In this document: positions 8,524-18,618 of the stretch, one piece after another
Layout: every line of letters starts with the position of its first letter
Numbering within the stretch: position 1 is the first letter of the stretch
DNA from: an uncultured Candidatus Bathyarchaeia archaeon
GTDB lineage: Archaea; Thermoproteota; Bathyarchaeia; TCS64
Direction of reading: 5' to 3'
Length of the DNA stretch: 48,734 nucleotides
Assembly: GCA_964447425.1 (NCBI GenBank)
Contig: CAYUTB010000004.1
Coordinates: 1,559-50,292, forward strand
The notes under the pieces: generated by a model
Told to the model about the DNA's origin: nothing
Database searches by the model: none
Seen by the model: the letters and a program-made list of their open reading frames with translations, nothing else
Program-made: the position numbers and the translations under genes

Positions 8524-9744
8524 TTATTTTAATAGTTTCTGGATTTCTCCAGATTGTAATGTTCTTTCTATTAGTTTCATTTTCGCATCCATCTTGCAGT
8601 AGACGAACTTGGATATAGTGTCCTTTGTAAGCCAATCTAGCTTGGTCACCACATCTATCATACGCTTACTCCTAAACACTACGTCACTCATTTTTCTAAG
8701 CCTTAGACTCGTGTACAGTACATCTCCCATCTGCGCTTTCCAAGCAGCGTCAAAATCAGATAGAGGCTTACTATCCACTACTCGTGCAGCGGCGACCTGG
8801 CCAGCGATCTTACCGATAATCATACCCGAAGGAATACCACCGCCTACAGTGGGAATAGTGTGACCACCAGCATCACCCACAACCAGTACGCGATCAGTTG
8901 TTGTTCGCTCTATGGGTCCACCGACAGGTATGTTTCCAGCCTTTAATGCGGTGGGTACAGCGTTCTTGAGTTTCTTGGATGCGATGGGGTGATTCTTGAT
9001 GAGGTTGCGCTGATAGTCCCTGATGCTCATTCCTTTCTGCATGAAAGGGGCTCTCACCCCTGTTCCTACGTTTGCTACGTCTTTTCCCTTGGGGATTATC
9101 CAGGCGTATGTTCCTGGTGCGATATCCTCCCCTAGATACATGTCAACATATTCTGGGTCATGGTCCACGTTTACCATCTCAAACTGGTAACCCACACCAT
9201 AATCAAGGGGATCAGTTGATATTGGCAATCCTGCTTCTCGCGCTATCAAGGAGTAGGCTCCATCGGCGCCGATTACTACATCAGCTTTGAGGTCATAGAC
9301 TTCACCACCTGTACGAACACGAATGCCATCATCTAGAAGCTTGATCGCTTGAGTGAAGGGCAGTATCTGGGCTCCAGCGCGCCCAGCCTCATTAGCCAAG
9401 TGTTTATCAAATAACTTGCGCTCAACAACCACGCCCTTAAAATCAACTGGGAATTCTACTCCATTTGGGAAGACGAAGTTCACGTATTTTGTATGATTAA
9501 CGATGCAGTGCTGCGGTGGGTCGAACATTGATTCTATATCAGGTACATCGGGGGCGAGTTTCTTCATCTCCGTAAGCGCAGGTACAAACTCTCCGCATTT
9601 ATCTGGAACACCTATCTCAAGCTCACGTTCAATAAGTAGTACGTTAGCCCCGTTCTCGGCAGCAGCCTTGGCTGCGCTTGAGCCTGCAGGCCCTGCGCCG
9701 ACGACTATTACATCATATTTTTGGTTGTTTTCTGGGTAATTCAT
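8524..9744 (-). CDS. geranylgeranyl reductase family FAD-dependent oxidoreductase
   Basis: 406 aa with an N-terminal Rossmann motif YDVIVVGAGPAGSSAAKAAAENGANVLLIERE and a GGR-like CGEFVP segment. Confidence 0.85.
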   Translation of the reverse strand: MNYPENNQKYDVIVVGAGPAGSSAAKAAAENGANVLLIERELEIGVPDKCGEFVPALTEMKKLAPDVPDIESMFDPPQHCIVNHTKYVNFVFPNGVEFPVDFKGVVVERKLFDKHLANEAGRAGAQILPFTQAIKLLDDGIRVRTGGEVYDLKADVVIGADGAYSLIAREAGLPISTDPLDYGVGYQFEMVNVDHDPEYVDMYLGEDIAPGTYAWIIPKGKDVANVGTGVRAPFMQKGMSIRDYQRNLIKNHPIASKKLKNAVPTALKAGNIPVGGPIERTTTDRVLVVGDAGGHTIPTVGGGIPSGMIIGKIAGQVAAARVVDSKPLSDFDAAWKAQMGDVLYTSLRLRKMSDVVFRSKRMIDVVTKLDWLTKDTISKFVYCKMDAKMKLIERTLQSGEIQKLLK

Positions 9745-9760
9745 TGCAGTTGCTCCATGC

Positions 9761-10771
9761 TTATTGGACTTTGATGAATTCGAATGATAACGTTTCTAGA
9801 TTATTAGTGAAATTGTGATTATACTGGTCTAGCAACTCATAGAGCGAGTCTCTTGCATCAGATTCCGGGTATATTTTCAATATAGCTCCGGCGAGGGATG
9901 CGAATTCCTCCATCTTGTCTATAGCTTTCTGAAGAGCCCCAGTTTCCTCATAGACACGACGCACAAAATCCACATCCAGATCGGTTGTTTCACCCCTATA
10001 GATGGATAATAACTTGACTTTATCCGCTTCCTGTATCAGGTCTGAGTTAACAGCGTAAATTAACAGAAGAGAGGGGTCTCCGTTCAACAAGTCGTTGTTT
10101 GGGGAATTATCGCTACCCTTGGGGGTGAAGTTGTCAATGATATCATCCCTGATCTGGTATGCGTTTCCAAAGTATTTGCCAAACTGAGCTAGATTCTTCA
10201 CATCCTCAGCCTTATCTGAGCCAGCTATACCGCCAAGGGCTGCAGCTGCCTCAAATAGGCTTCCGCTTTTTAGATAATTCATGTAAAGATACTCTTCGAC
10301 GGACATGAGTCTCCTTTTGTACTGGTTTTGAACTGTGATACCCTGTACCATCTTGAGAGAGGTCTCAGCCAGCCATCCAACGACCTCTGGTTTTCCTGTC
10401 TTCGATGCATGCATAAGACCCATGCTTAAAAGAGCGTCACCAGTCAAAACAGCCTTCTTTATCCCATGCTCAGAGAAAAGGGATGGTTCACCCCTCCGAT
10501 ATAGATCTTCATCGATTATATCATCATGAACAAGGGTCGCATTGTGGATCAGCTCCAAGGCTAGAAACATGTTTCTTGTCTCAAGATAATCACCGCCAAG
10601 CATCTCAGTGCATAGAATAGAGATCAAGGGTCTGAGTCTTTTGCCGCCAGTGGAAATTGCATACTTTGTTGTGGATGCTAGGAGCGGGTGGATGTATGTG
10701 AGGTCAAGTTCTTTCAGGGTCTCGTTGATGAACTCTAGCTGATAATTTCTGTCTTTAATCGTTAATTTCAT
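9761..10771 (-). CDS. trans-polyprenyl diphosphate synthase
   Basis: 336 aa. The first Asp-rich motif is LVHDDIIDED and the second is QIRDDIID. The product chain length cannot be read from the sequence. Confidence 0.9.
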   Translation of the reverse strand: MKLTIKDRNYQLEFINETLKELDLTYIHPLLASTTKYAISTGGKRLRPLISILCTEMLGGDYLETRNMFLALELIHNATLVHDDIIDEDLYRRGEPSLFSEHGIKKAVLTGDALLSMGLMHASKTGKPEVVGWLAETSLKMVQGITVQNQYKRRLMSVEEYLYMNYLKSGSLFEAAAALGGIAGSDKAEDVKNLAQFGKYFGNAYQIRDDIIDNFTPKGSDNSPNNDLLNGDPSLLLIYAVNSDLIQEADKVKLLSIYRGETTDLDVDFVRRVYEETGALQKAIDKMEEFASLAGAILKIYPESDARDSLYELLDQYNHNFTNNLETLSFEFIKVQ

Positions 10772-10858
10772 TACGCTCCTAACTTAATGGAACTCTTTCA
10801 CCAAAGTACATCGAGGGAAATTATTAAAACTAACCCACGAAAAACACGTGTTTTTCAA

Positions 10859-11548
10859 TTAATTCACCCGTTTTACTCCCAATATGATCACCAAAGCCCC
10901 CAGTATCTTTTCTATACGATCCACAACCTGCACATTATCACCGATAACCGAAACAAGAACATTATTCTGGGGAAGTCTCGCATATGTAAGATACAGTTTA
11001 CTCCACGGATTATTGTAACCATACCCAGCCACCATTCCTCCGATAATTGGGACAGCGTACTTCATGAATACACCCATAAAACCCCGAAAAAACGGGTTAT
11101 CAGGTTTACCTATATCTATCAGTAGAAATTTCCCGTCCTTTCGTAGGGTGCCGCATGCTTCCCTGATAGCCCGAGGCTTGTCTAATGAGTCACGCAGTGC
11201 ATACGCGGCGGTAACAAAACCTATAGATGACTCCCTTATGGGTAACGCCTCAAAGACACCCCGAATATAGTGATGGTCGAGATCATGGTTTCTCTTCCGC
11301 GCGGCAATATGCATCTTTGATAAGTAATCTAGACAAACCAGCGGACCTTCATTGAACCTAGAGACCATCTTGCTGTAATTTCCAGGCCCGGACCCGAGCT
11401 CTAACGCTGTTCCCTGAATATGCCTGACCTTGTTCAAACCGATTAAACGGCTTCTATCATCCTGATACAAGGAGATAACGTGATTGACTTTCTCGTAGTC
11501 AGCGATTATCTTTTCAAGTGCATCCTCGACCTCGTACCAGACTGTCAC
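10859..11548 (-). CDS. class I SAM-dependent methyltransferase, UbiE/MenG-like
   Basis: 229 aa with SAM motif I LELGSGPGNYS. It has a UbiE/COQ5-like N-terminus, a GTG start, and quinone/isoprenoid gene neighbours. Confidence 0.7.
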   Translation of the reverse strand: MTVWYEVEDALEKIIADYEKVNHVISLYQDDRSRLIGLNKVRHIQGTALELGSGPGNYSKMVSRFNEGPLVCLDYLSKMHIAARKRNHDLDHHYIRGVFEALPIRESSIGFVTAAYALRDSLDKPRAIREACGTLRKDGKFLLIDIGKPDNPFFRGFMGVFMKYAVPIIGGMVAGYGYNNPWSKLYLTYARLPQNNVLVSVIGDNVQVVDRIEKILGALVIILGVKRVN

Positions 11549-11609
11549 AGGTCAACGATCCGATACCTGCTTATGAATTCTTTTAACATGGTTAACCGGT
11601 TATAGAACT

Positions 11610-12548
11610 ATGAAAATGGGCTCTCTCAACATCAATGATACTCCAAGAATCGTTATGTTCTGTGGAAAAGGTGGCGTAGGTAAAACAACCTGCGCCTCAG
11701 CTACGGCGTTTCATTATGCAGCGCTTGGCTACAAGACTCTGCTGATATCAACGGATCCTTCGCCATCGCTCTCAGATATACTTGAGCGGGATGTGAAAGG
11801 TGAGATCACCCCAATATCTGAGGTAGATAACCTTGAGGCGGTTGAACTTGATTATACTAGAGTTCTTGAGATGTGGATGGCGAAGTTTGGTGATGAAGTG
11901 TATGAGGTTATCTCATCTTTCCTCCCCGTGGGTAGAGAGATACTGGATTACATTGCTGGTGCGCCGGGGATCGATGAGGAGTTCGCCCTCAGCTACGTCT
12001 ATGAACTCTATACAAGCAATACATATGATGTGATTGTATGGGACACTGCGCCAGCGGGTGGCACGCTTTCACTGCTTCATATTCAGGAGACTTTTTACAC
12101 TCATATGCGGGACGCTGCAAAGCTCTATATTAGGCTCAAGGAGACTCTGGAAAACCTCACTGGGCGCGAGAAGAGAGACCCGTTGCGGATTATTCGTGAG
12201 TGGGAGTATTTGGCAAAAAAAGTGCTTGAGATGGTTAGATCTGAGAACACAACTGCGTTTCTGGTTACCATACCGGAGGGACTGGGGGTATCCCAGACTG
12301 AGCGCATAAAAATGGATTTTGAGAAATTCGGTATCCACATTGGCGGCGTCATTGTAAATAACCTGATACCGGAGTCTGTTCAAGGTGAGGCCGAGTTTCT
12401 CGATAAGAGGCGTCAGGTTCAAGCAGGTTATGTGAATATTCTCGATGAGAAATACAGTGATACATTGCTTGTGAAACTTCCTCTCCAAGAATATGAGGTG
12501 AAAGGGATCACTGCACTGAAAAAAGTGGAGAAACAGCTCTACGGTTAA
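11610..12548 (+). CDS. ArsA/Get3 (TRC40)-family P-loop ATPase
   Basis: 312 aa with the deviant Walker A GKGGVGKTT and a DTAPAGGTL switch (compare DTAPTGHTL of ArsA). Length and layout fit single-domain archaeal Get3/ArsA homologues. Confidence 0.85.
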   Translation: MKMGSLNINDTPRIVMFCGKGGVGKTTCASATAFHYAALGYKTLLISTDPSPSLSDILERDVKGEITPISEVDNLEAVELDYTRVLEMWMAKFGDEVYEVISSFLPVGREILDYIAGAPGIDEEFALSYVYELYTSNTYDVIVWDTAPAGGTLSLLHIQETFYTHMRDAAKLYIRLKETLENLTGREKRDPLRIIREWEYLAKKVLEMVRSENTTAFLVTIPEGLGVSQTERIKMDFEKFGIHIGGVIVNNLIPESVQGEAEFLDKRRQVQAGYVNILDEKYSDTLLVKLPLQEYEVKGITALKKVEKQLYG

Positions 12549-14281
12549 CTCAAGCCAAGATATTTGAAGAGATAGCTGACTGCGCCTTTAACACGAATAC
12601 CCGCCAACCCCGGCATCTTGAGCTCGCGTTTGGCTAAGATCGTTGATTTCTTCGCCTCATCTATCTCAAGCTTTAATGCATCATATTTCATCTGCCGTAT
12701 ATCCTGGTCACTTGTTGACTCTATTATCCCATCGATCCTGCGCATGATGTCTCTAGCCATATTCAACCCATAGTTGACTTTCTCGCCGTGAAGCTGAGTG
12801 GTAATGCCGACATCCATCTTGAGTTGATTCAGCCTGATCATTGCCTCATATGTTGTTTCGGCTACCTGATCACGGGTCATCCAGTCGGTGTGATAGCTCA
12901 GATACAGCTTCCAACTAGGCTGATAGAGCGCCTGCTTGTGTTCACGCAGAGTCGAATAGAGCCGTGTAAACCCATACTTGGATGGATTTTCATAGATCAT
13001 GCTACCCGGGTCAAGAAACGGCGCCATTGGGGAGGTGAATGAGAATATTTTCTTGTTATTATCCATCTTCTCGTATAGGTGTCTGGTGTAGTCGATGCTC
13101 TCCAGCGCTGATTCACTGGTCTGACCTGATAACCCCACCATGAAGTAGAGATCGATCTTTGTCGTCCCATGATCAAGAGCGTTTCTTATGGTGTCCTCCA
13201 TCTGGGCAGTGGTGTATGGTTTTCCCATTATCTTCCTTATCTTATCATCATGGCTCTCGGGGCTGATCTCAAGGGTCCAGTTATCGGTGCTACCCGCGAG
13301 CTTCTTCATCCAATCCATGGGCACCATATCGAATATCTCATAGGTGAGGGTGTTATCCAGTCCGGACTGCTTAATCCCATCAAGCACCTGTTCAGCCCAC
13401 TTGCGTCCACCCTGCCTGAGGTCTCCGATAAGGAAGATTGGCGCCTTGAAGTATTCGCTGATGACATTTATCTCCTCGACGAGTTTCTCTGCTGATTTAT
13501 GGGCTGGTCCGTCTCTGTTGAATGAGTTCTTGAAGGCGTAACAGCTTCCACCGCAGGTTATACAGTTGTATGCACAGCCCTTACAGGTCAAGACAGCGGT
13601 AAATGGGTAACTCATAAAGCTCTCGTAGGGCAATGTGCTCTCCAAGTCCCTGTGACGGAGAACAAGTTTGATGACCTCACCGTAGTCGATCCATAGGTCA
13701 TCCATCTCGGTGGGCACAAAAGTCATGGGGTTTATCCGCTTTCTGCCATCCTTCGTTCGCCATGTAAGGTTCTCAACGTTTTCGGGTTCTTTACCCGCCG
13801 ATATGTGGTTCATCAAGTCTAGAAGCGGCTTCTCGGTTGTATCACCCCTGAGGATGTAATCAATCTGAGGGAAATATTCGATAATCTCTTCATGGAAATA
13901 GGTGGCAGATAAACCGCCGAGAAGAATTGGGGCATCGGGGTGATGTTTCTTGACGATCTCAGCGAGATCAAGGCTCCCAGCTGCGTGGGGTAACCAGTGC
14001 AGATCAAAGCCGAAGACTTTTGCGTCGAGTCTTTTGATGAATTGCTCCACATCAAACTTTGGGTTCTTGAGCATCTTGACGGCTAGATTAACAATCCTCG
14101 CCTTGTACCCGTTCTGTTCAAGGTACCCCACCATGCTTACAAAGCCCAAGGGATACATCTCAAAGACAGGGGTCGATGGAACAACATCACTGATTGGGCC
14201 ATACATTGTAGGTCGTTTACGAAAATCATAGACGCTTGGGGCATGCAGCAGCACTAGATCGACGCAGGGCATAGACTCCAT
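12545..14281 (-). CDS. B12-binding-domain radical SAM protein
   Basis: 578 aa. An N-terminal cobalamin-binding-like Rossmann region is followed by the CxxxCxxC motif in CKGCAYNCITCGG. Its stop overlaps the ArsA/Get3 stop (TTAA, 12545-12548). Confidence 0.85.
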   Translation of the reverse strand: MESMPCVDLVLLHAPSVYDFRKRPTMYGPISDVVPSTPVFEMYPLGFVSMVGYLEQNGYKARIVNLAVKMLKNPKFDVEQFIKRLDAKVFGFDLHWLPHAAGSLDLAEIVKKHHPDAPILLGGLSATYFHEEIIEYFPQIDYILRGDTTEKPLLDLMNHISAGKEPENVENLTWRTKDGRKRINPMTFVPTEMDDLWIDYGEVIKLVLRHRDLESTLPYESFMSYPFTAVLTCKGCAYNCITCGGSCYAFKNSFNRDGPAHKSAEKLVEEINVISEYFKAPIFLIGDLRQGGRKWAEQVLDGIKQSGLDNTLTYEIFDMVPMDWMKKLAGSTDNWTLEISPESHDDKIRKIMGKPYTTAQMEDTIRNALDHGTTKIDLYFMVGLSGQTSESALESIDYTRHLYEKMDNNKKIFSFTSPMAPFLDPGSMIYENPSKYGFTRLYSTLREHKQALYQPSWKLYLSYHTDWMTRDQVAETTYEAMIRLNQLKMDVGITTQLHGEKVNYGLNMARDIMRRIDGIIESTSDQDIRQMKYDALKLEIDEAKKSTILAKRELKMPGLAGIRVKGAVSYLFKYLGLS

Positions 14282-14419
14282 AGATACGTGAGTATATTTT
14301 AATGCTCTTCAATTAGTCTCATTTTCTTAGATGTGTATGGTTACCCAAGGAAATAGGACACTAAGGCTGAAGGTTCTCAGAATTCTTTGAATGAAAGAAT
14401 AATAGGGGTGTGGAGGAGT

Positions 14420-15703
14420 TTATTTGAGCTGAATCAGGTGGACACTGCAGCTGATACATGGATCGTATGCACGGACCATAATTTCGATAGCCTTCTTGAT
14501 CTCCTCATCGGGTTTACCTGCTAGATTTTGAGCTATCACCCTAACATCTTTTTCGATATTTGCCACATTCTGAGCTGTGGGAGTTATGATGTTGGAAGCA
14601 GTTATTCTACCATCGTTATCGAAAGAGTAATCGTGGTACAGTAATCCCCTAGGAGCCTCAACAGCGTTGATTCCTCTTGACTCGAAAACGTCAAAGTCAA
14701 CCAAACCCTCGTTTCGGAGCCCATCTGCAATCAGTGAGTCTATTATACGAACTGAATGCTCAACATCGTGTACAAGCTCTATTGATTGGGCGAGATTGTT
14801 ACTGATACTATTCCTTATGTTCAAGAGGTGCGAATGCTCTTTATACAGTTCAGCCGCGGTCCCAACCAGTTTTTTATGATTGAAATAAATCCGTGGCAGC
14901 GCACCCACCATGAAAGACTTACCATTATACGTGGAAATCTTGGCATAACTATGCCTAACCACGGTCTCATTTGTAAGCTTCCTATACTGGTCTTCAGCCA
15001 CCCTGTGTCCATCAGATGTAAATACATGATCTCCCAAGTAGCCGAAGTTTTCACCTGAGTCTAGAGCATGCAATGTATTCTCTGACTCATTATAATCGGG
15101 CAAAGTAAAACCGCTGAGAAGCTGTACCGCAAGCACAGTCGTAGGTTGTACATTGATCAACTGTTTCTTGATTCGAAGTAACGCGTCCTCAGAGGGGACT
15201 TTTGAGAACCCACCTACGCGTTCATTCATACCATGAATTTCCCTACCACTCAGCTCGATGTGAATCATATTACCCGTTTTCTTGAGTTCAAGGGCAGCCT
15301 TCACTGCATCCAAGTGCTGAGTACTCATATGAATCGCGTCAGGGAATCCTAAAAAGTCTGGCAAAGCAAGCATGAAAACATGTAATGCGTGGCTTTCTAT
15401 GGCTTCTCCATGGATCAGTAAGTCCCTGAGTTTATGAGTCTGAGGAGTTGACTTCACCTTGAAGGCATTCTCTATTGCACCTATGCTTGCGAGACTGTGG
15501 CTCGCGGTGCAGATGGCACATATTCTCCTCGTTATATCCGGTATCTTATCGTAGTAGATTCCCTTGATAGCATGCTCGAAGAACCTTGGTCCCTCAAAGA
15601 CGTTGAATTTTACATCCATTACTTTAGAACCATCTAAGGTTACCTCGATTCCACCGTGCCCCTCGACCCGCGTCAGTTCATCGATCCTAATCTGTTTACT
15701 CAT
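14420..15703 (-). CDS. hydA: [NiFe]-hydrogenase large (alpha) subunit, group 3 (3b-like)
   Basis: 427 aa with the N-terminal metal-site motif RICAICTASH (RxCxxCxxxH) and the C-terminal motif DPCISCSVH. It is the last gene of a beta-gamma-delta-alpha operon. Confidence 0.9.
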   Translation of the reverse strand: MSKQIRIDELTRVEGHGGIEVTLDGSKVMDVKFNVFEGPRFFEHAIKGIYYDKIPDITRRICAICTASHSLASIGAIENAFKVKSTPQTHKLRDLLIHGEAIESHALHVFMLALPDFLGFPDAIHMSTQHLDAVKAALELKKTGNMIHIELSGREIHGMNERVGGFSKVPSEDALLRIKKQLINVQPTTVLAVQLLSGFTLPDYNESENTLHALDSGENFGYLGDHVFTSDGHRVAEDQYRKLTNETVVRHSYAKISTYNGKSFMVGALPRIYFNHKKLVGTAAELYKEHSHLLNIRNSISNNLAQSIELVHDVEHSVRIIDSLIADGLRNEGLVDFDVFESRGINAVEAPRGLLYHDYSFDNDGRITASNIITPTAQNVANIEKDVRVIAQNLAGKPDEEIKKAIEIMVRAYDPCISCSVHLIQLK

Positions 15704-16469
15704 TGCTCTTGCCTCCTAAGAAATCAGAGGAAATCTCCCCGCTGAACAGTTTGAGCCTATTAATGATATCCTCCTTGCTGTATCCAGAATCTAGCAGCAT
15801 CTTGTACTCAGCTGCGAAGTTTCCAACTCCCTCCACCGGACCTCGACAGCCTATGCAGTCAAGCCCTAATCCGGGGCACCTAGCATTACAGCCAGCCTTG
15901 ATTATAGGTCCGAGACAGGGTTTACCTGCTTCGGTGATAACACAAGGATATTCATTGATCTTGCATTCTACGCATACTGGATAGGTATACCTATTTGGTA
16001 AATCTCCGAGAAGCAACGATGTAATAGCCTTCAATGTCTCAGTCTTCTCGACGGGACATCCAGGTATTTCCAAGTCAACTTTAACATATTCTTTGATGGG
16101 TTTCGCAGTAACCGCGTCGAAATAATCTAGCTCAACACCGTAAACGTCCTTAAGCTTCTCTGCAAGAGTTGAGTCTTTGTTTCTCATGGCCTGTATGCAG
16201 CCCTCGATGGCGCAGTTACCAAAAGCTATAATGACCTTGGAGCGCTCTCTGATCTCCATCAATTTCTGTTTGTCGTGCTCTGTTGAGACAGAGCCCTCAA
16301 CGAGAGCTATGTCAACGGGTCCCAACTCCTTATAGCTACTTCCCTCCTGGAAGTCAACGATAACAAAATTACTCAATAGTTCAAGGAGGTCATCCTCCAT
16401 GTTAAGTATCTGAAGTTGGTCTCCCGCGCATCCGGTTAGGCTGAATATACCTAGTTTTGGTTTACTCAT
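15696..16469 (-). CDS. hydD: [NiFe]-hydrogenase small (delta) subunit, group 3
   Basis: 257 aa and Cys-rich (GCAGD, GNCA, PGCP, CVEC..., CNARCPGLGLDCIGC). It has no Tat signal, so it is cytoplasmic. It overlaps the alpha subunit start by 8 nt. Confidence 0.85.
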   Translation of the reverse strand: MSKPKLGIFSLTGCAGDQLQILNMEDDLLELLSNFVIVDFQEGSSYKELGPVDIALVEGSVSTEHDKQKLMEIRERSKVIIAFGNCAIEGCIQAMRNKDSTLAEKLKDVYGVELDYFDAVTAKPIKEYVKVDLEIPGCPVEKTETLKAITSLLLGDLPNRYTYPVCVECKINEYPCVITEAGKPCLGPIIKAGCNARCPGLGLDCIGCRGPVEGVGNFAAEYKMLLDSGYSKEDIINRLKLFSGEISSDFLGGKSNE

Positions 16470-16470
16470 C

Positions 16471-17358
16471 TTAGATCATTCCCTTTGTGTTCATAGCGTC
16501 CCAAAGTGTAAACACGGGACCATCTTTACACACGTATTTTATTGATTTACCAGTTCCAACGAGACAGTTACCGCACTGACCTACGCCGCACCTCATCTTA
16601 CGTTCAAGGGTCATAAATACTCGGTCAGGGGAGAAACCAAGCTTCTCTAGCTCCATGATGGTGTACTTATACATGATAGGTGGACCACCTAGCACAGCGA
16701 CCCCGGTATCGCTGGGTTTGTCTAGCATACTGAAAAGTTTAGTGATTAGCCCCTTGGTGCATCTATCATCGCGCTCACATTGAAGCCCATAACACACCTG
16801 ATCTTTCTCATCCTCATAGCTTAGATAGGTCTTGACCCCTATTTGGTCCCCGTTTCTAAAGTAGTCCAAGATCTCATCCTTGAAAAGCATGAGATCGTAG
16901 CATCTTACCCCGTAGAGGAGGCTTATTTCTCCAAATTTTTCTCTGTTCTGAAGAGCATACTGGAGTACACCTCTTATAGGGGCTATGCCTAACCCTCCTG
17001 CAACTAAAATAAGATCCTTCTCATAGAACTTGTCCATAGGGAATCCGTTACCGTAAGGACCCCTTAACCAGACAGTATTTCCGACTGATAGGTTATGGAC
17101 TGCATTAGTAACTCTTCCTGCGTTTCTGATGCATAACTGTAGACCTGTCTCATCCGACTGAGCAGTGCAAATTGAGATAGGAGCCTCACCAACCCCCATC
17201 ACTCCTAGTTTGATGAACTGCCCGGGCATATACTTGAAACTTGCCTGTTCTTCTGAGCTCTGGAATTTGAGTGTAATGAGTTTCTCGATGTCTGTCACTT
17301 TCTGGATCTCGGTTATACGCGCTTTGACTGGAGCCAATGGATTAAGTTCGATCATCAT
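16471..17358 (-). CDS. hydG: hydrogenase gamma subunit: FAD/NAD(P)-binding oxidoreductase with a C-terminal [2Fe-2S] motif
   Basis: 295 aa with a ferredoxin-NADP-reductase-like fold (VAGGLGIAPI) and C-terminal CGVGQCGNCLVG, as in sulfhydrogenase gamma subunits. Confidence 0.8.
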   Translation of the reverse strand: MMIELNPLAPVKARITEIQKVTDIEKLITLKFQSSEEQASFKYMPGQFIKLGVMGVGEAPISICTAQSDETGLQLCIRNAGRVTNAVHNLSVGNTVWLRGPYGNGFPMDKFYEKDLILVAGGLGIAPIRGVLQYALQNREKFGEISLLYGVRCYDLMLFKDEILDYFRNGDQIGVKTYLSYEDEKDQVCYGLQCERDDRCTKGLITKLFSMLDKPSDTGVAVLGGPPIMYKYTIMELEKLGFSPDRVFMTLERKMRCGVGQCGNCLVGTGKSIKYVCKDGPVFTLWDAMNTKGMI

Positions 17359-18377
17359 ATTTCACCTCGTACTTTTTTCATAACCTCAAGGAAATCAATC
17401 CCAGCGGGGCAATATGTCGAGCATCTGCCACATCCCACACAATTGGGCATTTCTTCGCGAAGACTTCCCTTACAATTGAATCTGTTTCTTATCCTCTCCT
17501 TAGAACTTGGTCGGAAATTATGTCCGCCTGCAACTAATCCGTGGTCTTTAAGCATACAGCTATACCATTTACGTACTCTTTCACCCGTTGTAAGATTTAG
17601 ATCAACATAATCCTGTACATCATAGCATCTACATCTTGGGCACACCAGGTTACATGAGCCACAGCCTAGGCATTTCTCACCATATTCCTCCCATAGTTTA
17701 TTATCATAGGATAAATCGAGCATATCCTGTAAACCTGACATTTCAAGCGAGCTAGTGAATTTTGTCATTCGCTCATTTTCAGTTTCTTTAAATTTATTCA
17801 AATGACTCTCAGTGGCTTCATCGAAGAAAGTGGAATTTTCTTGAACAAAATTGAACCCTTTCTGTGAACCTATACGAACCAGATATTGGTCACCTATATC
17901 ATGTAAGAATAATTCGAATCCTTCGTTTACATAATCAGTTCCCGTTGATTTACAGAAACAGTGCTCATCTGGGGTACAACTTAGACCAACCAGTAGGGTT
18001 CTTTCACGCCTCTCTGCATAGTACTTGTCTGTAAACTCTTTGAGGAAGACCTTTGCGAGAAGGTTCAACGCGTGGATGTCACATGAGTGGACGCCTAGTA
18101 AAACCTGAGTTGAGTTGTTTTGCCCCTGCTCGATAAATTTCTCATTCTTTCGGTTAAAAGTAAATATTGTTTCTTCGGGGGAGATAAACAATTTTTTAGG
18201 AGGGATCATAGTTCGATTATAATCTAGATCAACTTCATCCAAGGAACTGACGCTTTGAAAAGAATGAGTTTTTTCACTCACTTTAACTGGAGCATATATA
18301 CTACCATATTTCGTTAGAGCAACGAAAAAATTTGGCATATTGTTTTTGTCAAGGATTTTTGTTAATAATTCTTTCAA
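17355..18377 (-). CDS. hydB: hydrogenase beta subunit: 4Fe-4S dicluster protein
   Basis: 340 aa with Cys motifs CLGCGSCNLVCPRC and CVGCGRCSTYCPAG. It is the first gene of the four-gene operon, the same beta-gamma-delta-alpha order as the Pyrococcus sulfhydrogenase operon. Confidence 0.8.
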   Translation of the reverse strand: MKELLTKILDKNNMPNFFVALTKYGSIYAPVKVSEKTHSFQSVSSLDEVDLDYNRTMIPPKKLFISPEETIFTFNRKNEKFIEQGQNNSTQVLLGVHSCDIHALNLLAKVFLKEFTDKYYAERRERTLLVGLSCTPDEHCFCKSTGTDYVNEGFELFLHDIGDQYLVRIGSQKGFNFVQENSTFFDEATESHLNKFKETENERMTKFTSSLEMSGLQDMLDLSYDNKLWEEYGEKCLGCGSCNLVCPRCRCYDVQDYVDLNLTTGERVRKWYSCMLKDHGLVAGGHNFRPSSKERIRNRFNCKGSLREEMPNCVGCGRCSTYCPAGIDFLEVMKKVRGEI

Positions 18378-18618
18378 TGCAAAACACTTAACAGATACTT
18401 ACAATACATAGAGTACATATAATTTACTGCATTTCAAATATCCTTTTTGATATCTTCTTTCGATATTTTTAGCAAATTGATCTATTTTTTTGATTAGAAT
18501 TATGTTATTGGATAGTACTGAGTTATTGTTAAGATTATAGAAAAAATATTTTGATAAATATCAATTTCATTAAACAAATAACTTTTATCTAACGTTTAAT
18601 CCAACAACCTGATATACG

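Noticed and set aside
14420-15703. I checked for a selenocysteine (in-frame TGA) or a split large subunit in the [NiFe] hydrogenase, and for an adjacent maturation protease.
   Set aside because: Both metal-binding motifs are Cys-encoded in one uninterrupted ORF. No protease gene follows, but its absence from a 48-kb window is not informative.
18438-18617. TTGAT/GATAT-type motifs recur in the hydB-ndh divergent spacer, including the near-palindrome TTGATAAATATCAA (18551-18564).
   Set aside because: The spacer is extremely AT-rich and the motifs are short and degenerate. Without statistics or conservation I cannot distinguish them from chance.
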